Assembly: GCA_951804945.1 (NCBI GenBank)
Contig: OX638152.1
Span: 49,538,001 to 49,602,000 of the forward strand
Direction: 5' to 3'
DNA from: Podarcis cretensis
Lineage: Eukaryota
Length of the DNA stretch: 64,000 nt
Shown: positions 1 through 13,886 of the stretch, one piece after another
Position numbering within the stretch: position 1 is the first letter of the stretch
Layout of the letters: every line of letters starts with the position of its first letter
Made by a program: the position numbers and the translations under genes
Notes under the pieces: model-generated
The model's database searches: none
What the model was told of the DNA's origin: nothing
Seen by the model: the letters and a program-made list of their open reading frames with translations, nothing else

Positions 1-17
1 TGGGTTTGGGTACTATG

Positions 18-197
18 TGTTATTGTTGTTTAATCATTTCTTCGTGACCCCATGGACCAGAGCACACCAGGCACTCCTGTCTTCCACTCCCTCCCGCAGT
101 TTGGTCAAACTCGTGTTAGTAGCTTGGAGAACACTGTCCAACCATCTCGTCCTCTCCTCTTCTCTTCTCTTCTCTTCTTCTCATGAGGTGGCCAAGT
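18..197 (-). mobile_element. Bov-B (RTE clade) LINE 3' fragment, degraded and internally deleted
   Basis: ttcgtgaccccatggaccagagcacaccaggcactcctgtcttccact...tcatgaggtggcc matches the copies at 15134 and (reverse complement) 31359; degraded (TTG)n tail at the left end. Confidence 0.85.
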
Positions 198-576
198 TGT
201 ACTTGGGTCTTCAAGTCACAAAGCCATGCTGACCATCATTTTGATTTTATGAATAAATAAACATTCCCCCCTATTTTTAACCCAAATTCCAACCCAGCAA
301 TTCTTGCTAATTTCTCCAAGTAATTAAAGAAATTGAAGGTGGAGTGTAATCATCACCACATAGTGCAATGAACTCTGGCAATAAGATCTCAAGTATCACA
401 CATCTGTGAACACAGGTAGAGACATGGCAGTTGGTGCAAAACATGAGTAGGCAAATATGCACACTTGGGGATCAACTCAGCTAGGGAAAGCCAGGAGAAG
501 TTATTTTACTACTGCAACAGGGCTTTATGCCTCCTCCCTTGGTAACATAGATTACGCTCTAAAATCAAAACAAATA

Positions 577-818
577 CAGTGGTACCTTGGTTCTCAAACT
601 TAATCCATTTTGGGAGTACGTTTGACTGCCAAAACTGTTTGGAAACCAAGGTGCAGCTTCCAATTGGCTGCAGGAGCTTCCTGCACTCAAGCAGAAACCA
701 TGTTGGATGTTCGGCTTTCGAAAAAAGTTCACAAACTGGAATACTTATTTCCGGGTTTGCAGCATTCGGGAACCGATTTGTTCGACAACTAAGGCATTTG
801 AGAACCAAGGTACCACTG
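577..818. mobile_element. Tc1/mariner-superfamily (pogo/Tigger-like) MITE
   Basis: 22-bp TIR cagtggtaccttggttctcaaa / tttgagaaccaaggtaccactg; TA TSD at 575-576 and 819-820; no transposase ORF. Confidence 0.9.
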
Positions 819-2594
819 TAGTGGTAATTCAGAAACAAATAAGATTGATGTTCCATAAATCAAATCTGCTCCATATGGAATTACTAAAGGCAAATTAGCA
901 GAGTAAAATGGATAAAGTGTTAACTCGCCATACGCCCAAGACTATTGGTATGCAAGAGCTTCTGACATAAATAAAGGCTACTTAACATCTTCAGCACAGT
1001 ACAGTCAAGGTTTTGCAACCCAAAGAAATACTATTTGACTCTCTACTGGCATATATACTGTGTACTGGTGGATTTGTTTGTTTTATGACCGTGAGGGACA
1101 GATATCCAGTCATTTGGATTCATCATTTGCAAAGAGAATAATGCATGTAGTGAGTCTCTTCCTTTGCAACATTGTCAATGGAGTAGTTCTGAGGAATGGG
1201 ATCAAAGGCTCAGTTCATGGACTAGGAAGGTACTGCTGTAGCAACTGTTGCAGTGGGCTGCAGTCCTATGAGGCATCAGTTACAGCTGGGTGCAAAGAAC
1301 ATTATTCAGCTTCATTGCCTGGGGGGCTGCCAATCCTTTCTGCTTCGATGTCTAGGAGTGGGGAAAAAGTCCTGTCACAAAGCAACTACTTCCACCTTCC
1401 ACAAACAACCTTGAATCAACAAATATTGGTTGAACTATAACCCTCCACCACCCCCGGCTAGCATGGCTAATGATCAGGTGATGAGGCAATGGTGATGTTA
1501 GAGATTAAATGTGTCTAGTAAATAACTTAAATATATTTAGGGGAATCATTGGGATACTCAGGATTAGTGAGATTAAATACACTTAAGCCCTCGAGAGGAA
1601 GTGCATCTTTCTGCTGCTACAGTCAACTCTAATACCACCTTAAAGTAGACTAGAGGGGAGATAGATTTTAAAGGACACCTTTTGGTGCAGGCTTTGATTT
1701 TTGTCTCTCTCTCTTTTCCCCCACTGCCTTTTACAGAGTACTTATGAAAGTTATGAGTTTATGAGCCCTTGAGAATAAAGCTTTTAAATATTTTATTAAT
1801 TTGCAGATGGTAGAGCAGAGGGCCGAACAGTACACCTTTCCCCACATTGCCCATTATTGAGGCTTAACCTTGAACAAGAAGAAAGCTCTTTCTTCAGATA
1901 AAATACAAGTTGACTTCTCTATTCAGTCTGTCCTTTGCCCCTGTGCTTGGACATGCAATAAGAGCTGTGGTTAGTGATAAGTACTGTGATGACAGGTGCC
2001 TGCTGGGCTAAGATCTCCTTTCCTCCTAAAGAATGCATTCATCTCCTTTATAAACTGTGACATCTTTCTCTACGGGAACTGCGAAGAGAATGCTTATGGC
2101 ACAGCTGCAGTTTGGTCTGAACCGGGAATGTAAGTCAGATGCACAAATTGCCTTCATTACACCTTTGCACAGGTAACATTTTAAGAAACCCAGTTAATAA
2201 GTACTTATTGTCAATGTATGGTCCACAGGTGAAGCATGCCTCTTCTGTCAATTTTTTTTTTTAAGGTTGTGAGATTTCTGACTGCACACACTTCTCAAAG
2301 CATAAAACAAGGAAACACCTGCAACACAACTGAGGGAATTCTTACACAATCTAGGATGGGGCATTTCGGGGGGAGAGGATATCGGCCAACATCAGACTTG
2401 TATCCTAAGATAACTTAAGGCAGTTCATGAAAGTAATGTTCCTCAGCTTCTCCTCCTCCCCTCCTGCCCCATTCCATGTTGCTTAGGAATTCTCTCTTGC
2501 TTGTATCTCTGAAAGAGGATTTTCATGGCTGCAGGTAGTTGCAGGAAGGAGGAAGGGGTGGGAATCATCCCTTCCATAAGCTTACTTCTGAGTA

Positions 2595-2960
2595 AAGGGA
2601 GCGGGTGGCGCTGTGGTCTAAACCACTGAGCCTCTTGGGCTTGCTGATCAGAAGGTCACCAGTTTGAATCTGTGTGACGAGGTGAGCTCCTGTTGCTCTG
2701 TCCCAGCTTCTGCCAACCTAGCAGTTCGAAAGCACACCAGTGCAAGTAGATAAATAGGTACCACTGTGTTGGGAAGGTAAATGGTATTTTCATGCACAAT
2801 GGCACTTGTCACGGTGTCCCGTTGCTCTAGAAGCAGTTTAGTTATGCTGGCCACATGACGGGGAAAGCTGTCCATGGACAAAGGTTGGTCTGAAAAGCGA
2901 GATGAGCACCACAGCCTTTGACTGGACTTAACCATCCAGGGGTCCTTTACCTTTACCTTA
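2595..2960 (+). mobile_element. Sauria SINE, full length, older subfamily
   Basis: tRNA-like head ggtggcgctgtgg...gtttgaatc, core gcaagtagataaataggtacc, (ACCTTT)n tail; 14-bp TSD cttacttct(g/c)agta at 2581-2594 and 2961-2974. Confidence 0.93.
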
Positions 2961-5950
2961 CTTACTTCTCAGTATGCATACATGTGCTGATAAGGACATC
3001 CCAATTAATACAATTAGCCTTACTCCCTAGTAAATATAGGATGGAGCCAGCCTAACTTATCATAGGACCCAAGTAATTATTTATGGGAAAATAGGAGTGT
3101 TATTTATAAAACATCCTCTAGGTCAGCTGCCATCACAACATCCTGTGGCAAGTGCATCGATTGGATGGAATGTGAAAAAGAAACTGTTGCTGTTATTTCT
3201 TATTGGCCTCCCCACCTTTCCTTCCCTTTTTTTGGGGGGGGGGCAGGCAGTCTTGAAAGCAGGATCTGGCTTCAGGAATCTTAGAAAATGAGGCACTGTT
3301 CTTTCTCTTGTGCACGGGTCCTTATTAAGGTCTTTAATCTTTTCCATCACTATCCTGTTTCTGTGATAGGAATAGCAGTGCTTTTATGTGCTTTCATCCA
3401 GGTCATGTCTAGGTTTCTGCCCAAGCTCTATTCCTGTGCATTATGCATCTCTGCTCACCTCACCTTGCTTTGCAGCAGGGATTAGGATCATGTGATGCTG
3501 AAGATGTCATTCAACTCCCATAAATCACACCCCGCATGGTTCAGGACTAATGAGAATTGTAGTCTAGCAGCATCTGGAGGGCCACAGTTTCCCCAGCCTG
3601 CCCCACAGATTATTTACCTGATTTCTGACTCTGGCTGTTCCCTGTTCATACACTGTCCCCATTTTGAGACACATATTTAAAAATAAAGAGGAGGCGGCAG
3701 TAATTTTACATTCATCTACAAGGCAACTATGCTTAATTAACTCATTTTCAGAATATGGTTGATGGTATCTCTTAAATTATCACAGTTGTATAAAAGAAAA
3801 GAGATCAATTATTGCATCTTGTCTGTATCAAGGAAGTAGTACTCGACTGATTTATACACCATGTTTTCTATTATACTGTATCATTTATCTAGTCAAGTAT
3901 TAATTAACCATTCATTCTCAGTTTTCCCAGAAATTGCAACAGCATCTCAGAAACACATATCTATAAATAGCCTTCATGACAATGTGATGGGAATATATAA
4001 AAGTGGCCTGTAATCCTAAGCAATGCAAATGTTTGTCTGTAGATCACCACCTTCTGCACCTTAGAATAGTCTCCCCAAGGTGCCTGTCTTGATGTCACTT
4101 TGGTACCAGGCATTAATGAAACTATTAGTTCTTCTGTGCCAGTTTCTAATATTTCCCTTACACAGCATCACTTGTTGGGTTATGGATCTTTGGCTTTTAC
4201 CACCACATTGTGCTAAATGTAATTCATGCCAGTGGGTGTGGTTTGACGCAACTGCTGATGTAATTGAACATGTCATCACTCATTATGCACTTGCATGCTT
4301 CTGTTTCCCCATGATTCATTCATGAAAATGGCAGGAAAGAACTGTTTGGCAGAATACTACCCCCAATGTCATCACATGGTGTGACCCTTCAAAACCACAG
4401 AGAAATTATAGTGCAAAATTCCCAAAATTTTCCAGGTTAACAAGGTTGCAAATGACTATATTTCGGGAAGTAACTAACACAGAGACTAGTCTTAAACTTC
4501 CACTAGATTTTGTTAGATATTTAAGAAGTTGCTTTTGCAAGATAAAATTGAGACATTATTAGGGAAGGAAACATGAGGAAAACAGAATAAAATGATGTCT
4601 GAATGCAACCTAGTTCTGTTCTTATATAAAGTGCTGTTACTTCTTATTGGCTGATTTTTATCTTGTATCTTAATTTTTTAAATGATTGTTAGGAGTTTAT
4701 GTTTCTCTCTCTCATTTTCAGTGTTTCATTTTAGTTATATTGAAGGTGCAGGATACAAGGTGAGCAAATGAATTCATTAATACATTGTCCTCTTTCATTG
4801 TAGCATATTGGGCTCATCACCCTTAAAACACCAAGCCTTTCTTTGCCCTGCCACTGTTTTCCAGTCCTTCAGGAAGATGGGAGCCAGAACCAATTCAAAA
4901 TGCATAATGATTGCACACAGAAAGAGAAATTACTTAAACATGCCCATGTTTGATTCTGGTTGGGGACCAGAATGTATTTATTTATTTATAAAGTGTGTCT
5001 GATCATCCAATTGTTGCCTTTTATTGCATTGCAGAATCAGTGGCAACTTGCAAAGAATGGTTCAGGTTTTGTTCTGAATCCAGACAAAAACAGCAATTCA
5101 GTTCCATTCTTGGCACAGATTCAGGTTTGGTTTGATTCTCTGCTCATAGCTGTTTTTGGTACAATTTCTCAGCTCTCTGTCAGCTCAACTATTACCGCCC
5201 TTTGAGTGGCTGCAGTTCAGATATCTTTGCCCAGATACATTAGCATATTCTCCCAAGATGAATTTCATTTCATGGCCACATTCTTAATGCCTTTAGGACC
5301 TATTATACCACTAGTTTATCCTCAATGATGTTTAAAACAGTTTCTAATTAGGATCCTCTATAAATTTAATTACCAAGCTATTTACCTTCTCTTCCAAATC
5401 ATTAATGAAAATGCTAAATAACACCAGGGGTCCCACCAGTATAGCTTCTTACTGGATATACCATCTCAATTTTGATAGATTGCCATAAACATTTTTACAG
5501 TCTACTTCTCAATTTTTGGCTAAGGTGATCATGCTCTTATTCCTGTCATTATTCAAAGAAAGTTTTCATGAGACACAATTGCTATCATAAAATTCCACAT
5601 CAGAGCTGAAATTAGTCTTCTTTATTAAAAAAATATGATGCTGAATTTGCAAATATAAAGAGTAAGCACATTTGAATGAGCCCCGTTGTGCTTTTCTGCT
5701 TGTGAAAAAAGAATTCCATCATAAAAAAGAACTTGAAAATCAAGTTTCACACAGTGAGTTGGGGCTATTTATAATTGGGTGCAATGTTCACAAATACAGA
5801 GGAACCTACTTTTATTGTTAATATATGCATAGAGCAGACTGTAAACGGGCTGGAGATAAACCAGAAGCACAACACAACTATTCATTTATTTAGAAAAATT
5901 TGTAAACTGCTTGAACACAAAACCATCTAAGTGGTATAAACATTAAAGTG

Positions 5951-6003
5951 TATAAACACTAAAATAAACATTTCTAGTCTATAAACACTAAAATAAACAT
6001 TTC
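5951..6003. repeat. 24-bp direct repeat
   Basis: tataaacactaaaataaacatttc at 5951-5974 and 5980-6003. Confidence 0.85.
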
Positions 6004-6133
6004 AATGAAAAGCAGCTAAAACACAAAAACGTATTTGTTAAAAAAGCAAATATATGTATAACAATGATTGATTAAAAAAATAGATAAAATCAGTATGTGT
6101 ATGTATATGCCTTATTTGGCTTGCTGATTTTTT

Positions 6134-7349
6134 ATTTTTTATATAAATATTTTATTAAATTTTCAAGATACATAATACAAAATCCCTACACCAAAAAACC
6201 AAAACAAATACACCAAGAAACCATATAAAAAGAAGGAAATAAAAAATAAAAAACAGATACAAAGATATAACTAACTGGACTTCCTCGCATCTCCTTACCC
6301 TGCATTATTTATAATCAGAATATCAGCAAATTATTACCTTATTTCATACCTTATTTTGTACTTTCCAAATATTATACTTCTAAATTTAAAATAATTTTTA
6401 CCAATTGCTCATACGTTAAAATTAAACAAAATATTGTCTTAAATTTTGACCTTTTCTTACTTATAACTTAGTTTTCTATTTTACAAAGCCTATTCGCTGG
6501 AGCTGGTATTTTCTAAATCGTGCAAATACTTAACATTCATACAACTTATAATATTTTTGTAGATAATCCTTAAACTTCTTCCAGTCCTCTTCCATTGTTT
6601 CTTCTCCCAAGTCTCGGATTCTGCCAGTCATTTCAGCCAGTTCCATATAGTCTATCAATTGCGTCTGCCACTCTTCCAGTGTGGGCAAATCTTGTGTCTT
6701 CCAGTACTTTGCAATGAGTATTCTTGCTGCTGTTGTCGCGTACATAAAAAAGCTTCTGTCCTTCTTTAACACTTTCTGGCCGACAATGCCCAAAAGGAAG
6801 GCCTCCGGTTTCTTAACAAAGGTATATTTAAATACCTTTTTTAGTTCATTATAGATCATTTCCCAGAAGGCTTTCACTTTAGGGCATGTCCACCAGAGGT
6901 GAAAGAATGTCCCCTCAGCCTCTCTACATTTCCAACATTTATTATCAGACAGGTGATATATTTTTGCAAGCTTGACTGGGGTCATGTACCACCTATATAT
7001 CATTTTCATAATATTCTCCTTCAAGGCATTACATGCCGTGAATTTTATTCCGGTGGTCCATAACCTTTCCCAGTCCTCAAACATAATGTTATACCCAATA
7101 TCCTGAGCCCATTTTATCATGGCTGATTTAACAGTCTCATCCTGTGTGTTCCATTTAAGCAGCAAGTTATACATTCTCGAAAGTACCTTAGTCTTTGGTT
7201 CCAACAGTTCTGTCTCTAATTTCGACTTCTCCACCTGAAATCCTATCTTTTTGTCCAATTTAAAAACCTCTTGAATTTGGGCATAGTGTAACCAATCTTG
7301 CACCTTATTCTTTAATTTCTCCAAGCTCTGCAACCTCCATTTGTCTCCA
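6134..7349 (-). mobile_element. 5'-truncated L1-clade LINE (ORF2 C-terminus, 3'UTR, A-rich tail)
   Basis: 17-bp TSD tggcttgctgatttttt at 6117-6133 and 7350-7366; T-rich tail on + strand; uninterrupted ORF with CCHC motif. Confidence 0.92.
6530..7333 (-). pseudogene. L1-type ORF2 C-terminal fragment with Cys-rich zinc knuckle (267 aa, no EN/RT)
   Basis: CWKCREAEGTFFHLWWTC (C-x2-C-x8-H-x4-C) and W-rich ARILIAKYWK..EEW, typical of non-mammalian L1/Tx1 ORF2 C-termini; truncated at the element 5' end. Confidence 0.88.
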
Positions 7350-8989
7350 TGGCTTGCTGATTTTTTTTTAATAGCCAGTGTCTATAAAATATATAGTGAA
7401 AGTGTCAGTCTAATGCTAGTAGGCAGGGTGCTCCAAAGTATAGGTGTGGCAACACTAAAAGATTAACTGTTGCTTCTCAAGCAGTGGTGGAGGGAAGCAC
7501 CATCAAGCTCAGCCCCACACTTCCCTTCTCATAATGGAGACAGAATGCCTGAGTACAGTCAAGTATCTTTCACATTTTCAACCTGATCGTAATACACTTG
7601 CATAAGGATAAATTGCTGGGCTTGCTTTAAAACACTAAAATGCACACATTCATTTTAGAAAACTAAAATCAGAATTAGCCTGGAGACACTTGCTTAAAGC
7701 TTACGGTTGACTTGAACTTTGGGCATTTATGCTTCTAGCTCAGATGTAGGGGTTTCAGAGAATTCTGCCAGAAATAGCCATTCCTGCGATCTGGATGTGC
7801 CCTGACAGTGCAATTCTAGGCATGTTTTCACAATCTCATTGTGTACAACAGACTGTGTAGAGGATGTGCAGGGGATTCCAGACACAATTTGTTAAAATTT
7901 GTAATTCTTACAGCACTATCCTATGCACATCTGCTGAAAAGCAAATCTTTATTTTCAGTGAGGCTGGTTCACTGCAGTCATAACCACTTGGAAAACCGTA
8001 TTTCTACAGTCTGTGTCTGCAAGCCAGACAGCATGGTTTGTAATATCTTGAAAGTAGCTTTAGTGGCAAAAACTTCAATATACACAGGTCAAACATGATG
8101 CATGCAGCATACTGACAGTGGTACAGTATTATGGCGCTGTACGCACAAAGCCATTTCTTCTGTCCTTTCTATGTTACGCAGGATCTTCTGTGATAATCTC
8201 TAAATTCTACTTGATAATAAAACTAATTTCTCTACCAAGATTCAACTGACTGCTTATTATAGGAATGGCATTTTCTATCTTTAAAGTTCTCCCCCCCCCT
8301 TCAAAGTAACTGGGGAACTTTTATATTTCTTCAATGCAGGGACCACATAAAACCCTTTTCTAAACACTTCTTCTTAAATCACCTTGCCTCTTAAGAATCT
8401 CCTCAGGCACAGGCTCCAAGAGAGAGAAAAAGCCTTTGACTCCAAAGGACTGATAGATGGATACTAGGCAATAAAAGATGAACATCCTTCTCTGTTTTTA
8501 TTACCTCCCCTGTCAACAGTCTGCATGCTTCAAATGCTGTGTCTTCCATTGGGTCACTCACTTATATGTCATCCTCAGTTGTTGGCACTTACAATAAATG
8601 TCTATTGAAGCTGTACATGTGAAAGACCCTTTACATGTTCACTTACAGGAAACCATCTCTATCTAAATTCTCAACAATGCACCGTCCTGAAAGATTATCT
8701 AGGGCAGTGTCACACTGTGGCTACAATCCTACTGAAGTTAAACTTAAGTTTATTGAAACCAATTTGCTAAAGTGCATCAAACTCTGTGATGAATTGTGAG
8801 CTGTATCTTATGGACATGGCAGGTTCATAGTGGTGCAGTAATAAAACTGCTAGCATATGTGCAAAGTTAAGCAGGGTCCAGTATGGTTTCAAATTGGATG
8901 GGGGACCGCGTGTTAAAGATTCTGGCATTGGCCCTCAGGATACCCTCCAACTTTCCAATTCCATGTTTCTGTGACAGGGATAGACATGG

Positions 8990-9118
8990 GTAGATTAAAT
9001 GTGCTATGAACATGTTGTATGACTGAGAGCTCTGGGTGGCCATTGTGACAACAGGATTCAGGATTCTAGACTAGATGGGCAATGACCTGATCCAGCAGGC
9101 TCCTCTTATATTCTTCTA
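8990..9118 (+). mobile_element. old CR1/L3-like 3' tail remnant
   Basis: gccattgtgacaacagg...ctagactagatgggcaatgacctgatccagcaggctcctcttat resembles 27770-27840. Confidence 0.5.
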
Positions 9119-10142
9119 TTCCTAATAACTCACCTGCTTTCTGGAGGACAAAAAACCAGTTGTCTCAGACTTTTACAAACACAATTCAAATATCCTGATG
9201 CGTGACAATATCATTTCCACATTGACTCCTCTTCTCCTAGGACAATGTGTTTCAAAGGCATTTATTAAGATGCGAACCATTTTATAGAACAAAGTTATGT
9301 GGAATTAATTGAATATATATATATTAGCAGCAAGGACAAAATCATATCACTAAGGAAATACAAATGGTCACTAAAAATAAACTTTAACATGTGGTGTTCC
9401 TAGGAACCTACACAGATGCTTTAAAGTCACCTCTCAAGATTGACGAACTTTGCAAATTGTTCTGAAACAACCTTGAACTCAACATGCCACCCAATATAAT
9501 GCATGTTTATTCAGAAGTAAATCCACTAAATTCAGTGGGTCTTACTCTCCAGTAAATGTGCATAGGAATACTGACTTGCTTGCTCCCATGCTGACAGGCT
9601 GTACTTGAACTGATTTCCAGGGCCCAAGGTGGGTGTGCACCATACCTCCCCAATTTTCCTGGTCATATTTATAGTGGCTTCTGCAAAACCAGCCATTTAG
9701 GAAATGCTTGATATGGAAAAATGTGCTTGTTTATGCAGCACCACCATTTTTCCCCCAAAAAATAAAAAGTAAACTTATTTTTTTTGTTTTTTTTTTAAAA
9801 CCTAGCAACAAAAAAATGAGATTTACTTGGAAAACCCAAAATAAGAAGTATTAAATTAAGTTCAATTAAAACAGTACTGTTCAATAAATTTCAAACTATA
9901 CAGAAGCAGCAGAGAAGATTTTTCAACAAATTTCTAAATGTCTGGTGTCAATCACCCTGAGATCTGAGGAAGAAAGATATACAAATTTAATAAATAATAT
10001 TAATAATATTAGTAGTAGAAATAATTGAGTAAGGTGTTGCAAGTGCCCAAGAGCTAGTGAGATACTTGTCCCTGCTGCCTTAGCACATTAGTAGAGTTAA
10101 TTATTTGCATGAAGAATTTCCAGGGTAAAAAATGAGTTACAG

Positions 10143-10435
10143 CAGTGGTTCCCAAACCATTTTAGGCCACCATCCATGTGGCTCCCCAGTGCCCCCTACA
10201 CTACCCTACAAAAAAGCATTATTCAGAATAGTAGTTTGCACAACCTACTCAAGTTAGCACAATAAAATTCAAAACAGTAACCATTAATTGCACATTTGTT
10301 CAAAATTATTTAGTTTAATTCAGCAACATTGATTAACTTGATTATGTGATGCCACCTGATACCAGTGCCTCCTCTGCCCCTTGCCTTTTAGCACTAGGTA
10401 ACCCACCATCCCCCTAGGGGGTATTGCCAACTAGT
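10143..10435. mobile_element. degraded hAT-like non-autonomous element
   Basis: left end cagtggttcccaaac (Charlie-like terminus); right end degraded, no TSD confirmed. Confidence 0.4.
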
Positions 10436-12736
10436 TCTGAGCTCGGTGGACCAGAGGTCTGACTCAGTAGAAGGCATTTTATGTTCCCATTTTAACCTCA
10501 TTAGCTCCCCTATTTTTTTCTTTTTTGAGGGTAATAATCTTTTTATACAACCTTGTCAATATAGCATATGGACTCTGACCTAGTTCTCAGTTGAACAGAC
10601 TCTTCCAAATCTGGATTTTTATTTATGTAACGTTCCTAAGGAACCACAAAACTTTCTTATCCATTGCTGTGGGCTTATACAAATAAAATGAGTGAACGTT
10701 GCAATTGACCCATACAAAAAATAGTCATAAGGAGCCTCAGACTATAAGAGAGCTTTTGTTCACTTGTAATCTGTCAGACATAGCATTGCATAATTAAACA
10801 GAAAGGCTTTTAAGCACATGTTTACATAAACGATGTTCTAAAGTGATGCTGACAAAATGCTCCATGTACAACTGAAAAGGTCTGATAACTTCAGGGCATG
10901 GAGGTGAAAGCAAATTAGTGTAATTCATGACTACACTTGAAAATGTCCTGATATTGTATTAAGAAGTGTGAGTCATGACTCATAAATGCTTTAACTGAGG
11001 AGTGAAGGTTAAAACACACAGCTCATGAATTACTTACAGGCCAATTCTGCAGTTCTTTCTAGCACTTGTTCACGGGACTGCTTCCATTGGCGATAATGTG
11101 ATTACCTTTGGGAATAAATGTTATTTGGTGTAAGGGTTGAACTCTCTGCCTTCTGAGAAAAAAGATCAATAGATCCAACATAATTTACCTGTTTAAATCA
11201 AATGTGGCTTGAGCATTCAACTGCATAGCCTCCAGCAAAAGAAAGAGAAAAGAGGTGTAACTCAAGCATAATTGTGAATTTCGCAGCCAGGACTGGGGCT
11301 TTGGGTCAAACAAGCTATGATGCAAGATATCAATAAGCCACATCAACAAGTGTGATCCATAGCAGTGGAAGATGGAGATTAGCCCTTTCCTTCCATGTCA
11401 TTTCCCCAATCTAGAGAGGAATTTGTCACACTGAGATGATCATTCCATCAGGGCCAGTATTTCTGTCTGGCAGATGGAATGATGTTCCCCTCTCTTCCTG
11501 CTGCATGCTGTTCTGTAGGTTCTCCTGACACCCTGCCCCAGCTAATTGGGATGGTGGGGTAGGATGCATGGTGGGAGGAGAGAGGGGAAAGCCCTGTTGT
11601 GCAAGTGACAGTCCTTGCACAGGGCTTCTGCTGATTGGGTTCATTAGGTGAATCTTGCCCTTCATTTCCCCATGGACAAGAGCCGACATGCATCATAAGT
11701 TGGTTTGTTGCTGCTGCTTACTGGGAGGCAGAGCAGGAGAGGAAAGTTAGTGGGAAGGTGAGCATAGTGGAAACACACCATCAGGAATGCTGGATTGGCT
11801 CCACTTTTGTCTTTGCACTGTGCCAACCTCCCCACTGCCTTTGCTCATTCCATCCCAGTGAATCAGCTGTCAGGAGGTCACCACTACCCACAAATACTAT
11901 CTGCTGCTGTGCATCAAATAACTATTGATACGCTTTCCCCATGGGGCAAATAGCAGTTTCAGGAGATTTTGCTTAAAAAAAAATAGCAGAGGAAAAAGGA
12001 ATATGGATTCCTAAAATCTATGTCAGCAAGTAGCAGAAACCCCTTGACAATTAGAGACGAAGTGAAAATGTTGGAGGATAAATAAGGATCAGAAGAAATG
12101 CAGGTGGAATAAGGGTACACTGATTTTGATCACACATTCAAACTAGATGTGACATTAACAACACTTCCAGAAAAAAGAAAAACTTCCAGGAAACCTGTTT
12201 CTTGTGCATTCACCCTGTTTGCAGGGACGTTAGAATGTTGGCTATCTCGTGTGCACTCATTCTGATTTGTTTGTGGGAAGGTAAGACAATGTTGCATCAA
12301 GCAAGTGTTCTCCCACAGTTTCCCACAGTCTCCCACATTTTCACATCGCTTTCCTTATCACAAAAAGTCCAATCTTTGGGGGAAGTGGGTTTGTTATTTT
12401 AGACCTCCCAATTAACTGTAATTGTGCAAGATGAATTTGATGGTGTCTGATTGAATCCTACTTGAAAAGAGTGACAGACTGGAAACACCCTAAATGTGCC
12501 CTTGCATCTAATGTGCAGAGGGTTTATTTTTAAAAATAATAAAACTGCATTAGTTGATTAATGGGAACAGAAATGGAAGGTGGGGGAATCCAGCTCTTTA
12601 CTCCCCTGCTGTGTCCTGATGATGAAGATTGTTCCCTGAAGCTACTATCTGCAATGAAAGTAAATGCATATTGGGCACCAATAAGACCAGTTGAATTAAG
12701 TGTGCTAGTAAATGTGTTCCAGATTGTAAAAGAAAC

Positions 12737-12920
12737 AAATGACATCCTATGTCTATGAACATCACATACAATACCTATTTCATTAGCTATATATTGCACA
12801 TTAATCAGCACCACCCAACAGCACAGCCTTGTCAGTGACAATCTGATTATCATGCAATAAACCACATTTATTTTATGCAAATGTACTGAACATTTGCAGT
12901 TGCTAGGAATGTAAATTGCA
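12737..12920 (+). repeat. diverged ~180-bp duplicated element, copy 1
   Basis: collinear blocks aaatgaca, tatttcattagcta, attaatca, ccttgtcagtga, ccacat, tatgcaaatgt shared with 13887-14070. Confidence 0.75.
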
Positions 12921-12957
12921 TGGGGAGAAAGTGCCCAATTGTGCAAATAACAGCTTT

Positions 12958-13050
12958 AGGCTATAACCCTATGCTCATTTATCTATGAATAAGCCCCACT
13001 GACCTTAATAGGACTTACTTCTGAGTAAGCATATATTGGATTGCACTGTC
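12958..13050. repeat. short (~90 bp) imperfect-palindromic interspersed repeat
   Basis: ataaccctatgctcatttat..taagccccactga..ggacttacttctgagtaagcatatattggattgca; related decayed copies near 9495-9570, 13740-13815 and 16950-17005. Confidence 0.55.
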
Positions 13051-13886
13051 AGACAAGCAATTTTCATCCAGACTGCAGCAGGAGGAGAAAGGGTTAAACA
13101 CATCTCCTGCTTGCTACAATCCTGATGATTATCAGGCCCCACATGCAAGCTATCATTTATATTTAAAAACAACATGTACATGGAAACATACATCATGTCT
13201 AGTTTGTTCTATGTTTCAGTGCAGTTTGAAGGGGCTGAGGCTGCTTCTGGATAGATAAATGGATCAGAACTATCATTATCCATTTCATCCTGTCAATTCA
13301 TTGCACTAAAAAGAATCAGGATGTTTATACAGTGGGCCCAATTCTTACGAACATCATCTTGGAGACCATGAAGAAACTAATGGGAAGAGATGGTCTCTTG
13401 GTTATGTATCTCAAAATTTCAAGGCTAAGCTGTAAATCCAAGCCTAATACATCACGTGCTCTTCTCTTGTTTGAGCCTGCTATTTTCTAACAAATTGTGT
13501 TTCATGGCAGTTGAACATGTAGTATTCACAAATACTGTGCTTTCCATTATAAAGACACATTTGCAACATTAACAAGTTTTTTGCAAACCTCATCGGGAAG
13601 CACAATTATTTATGTCATCTGGATTTTCTAAGGAGTTTTTGTTGTTCTTGCATGGAAGGATTAAAATGCTACCTGCGTAGTTATTTGCTTGACTCTGATA
13701 TCAGATAAAGTAGGCTATGATCAATTAAAACACTTCTGCAGCCCAACACTAAGCTTATTTTCTTATAAGTAATGCTAATTCAATTCAGTGTGCTAGTGAA
13801 AGTGTTTAGGATTGTATCCTTGGTGCATTTGCACAGTTCCTGTTTTGTTTATAAAAGCTAATATAATTTGCCATACTGGAAATAAA

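Noticed and set aside
4734-4758. Possible micro-exon (ttttag|..YIEGAGYK|gtgag)
   Set aside because: Splice-like signals only; no recognisable protein and no partner exons.
11030-11110. Minus-strand exon-like segment reading HYRQWKQSREQVLERTAELA
   Set aside because: An in-frame TAA immediately follows the only plausible acceptor; no recognised homology.
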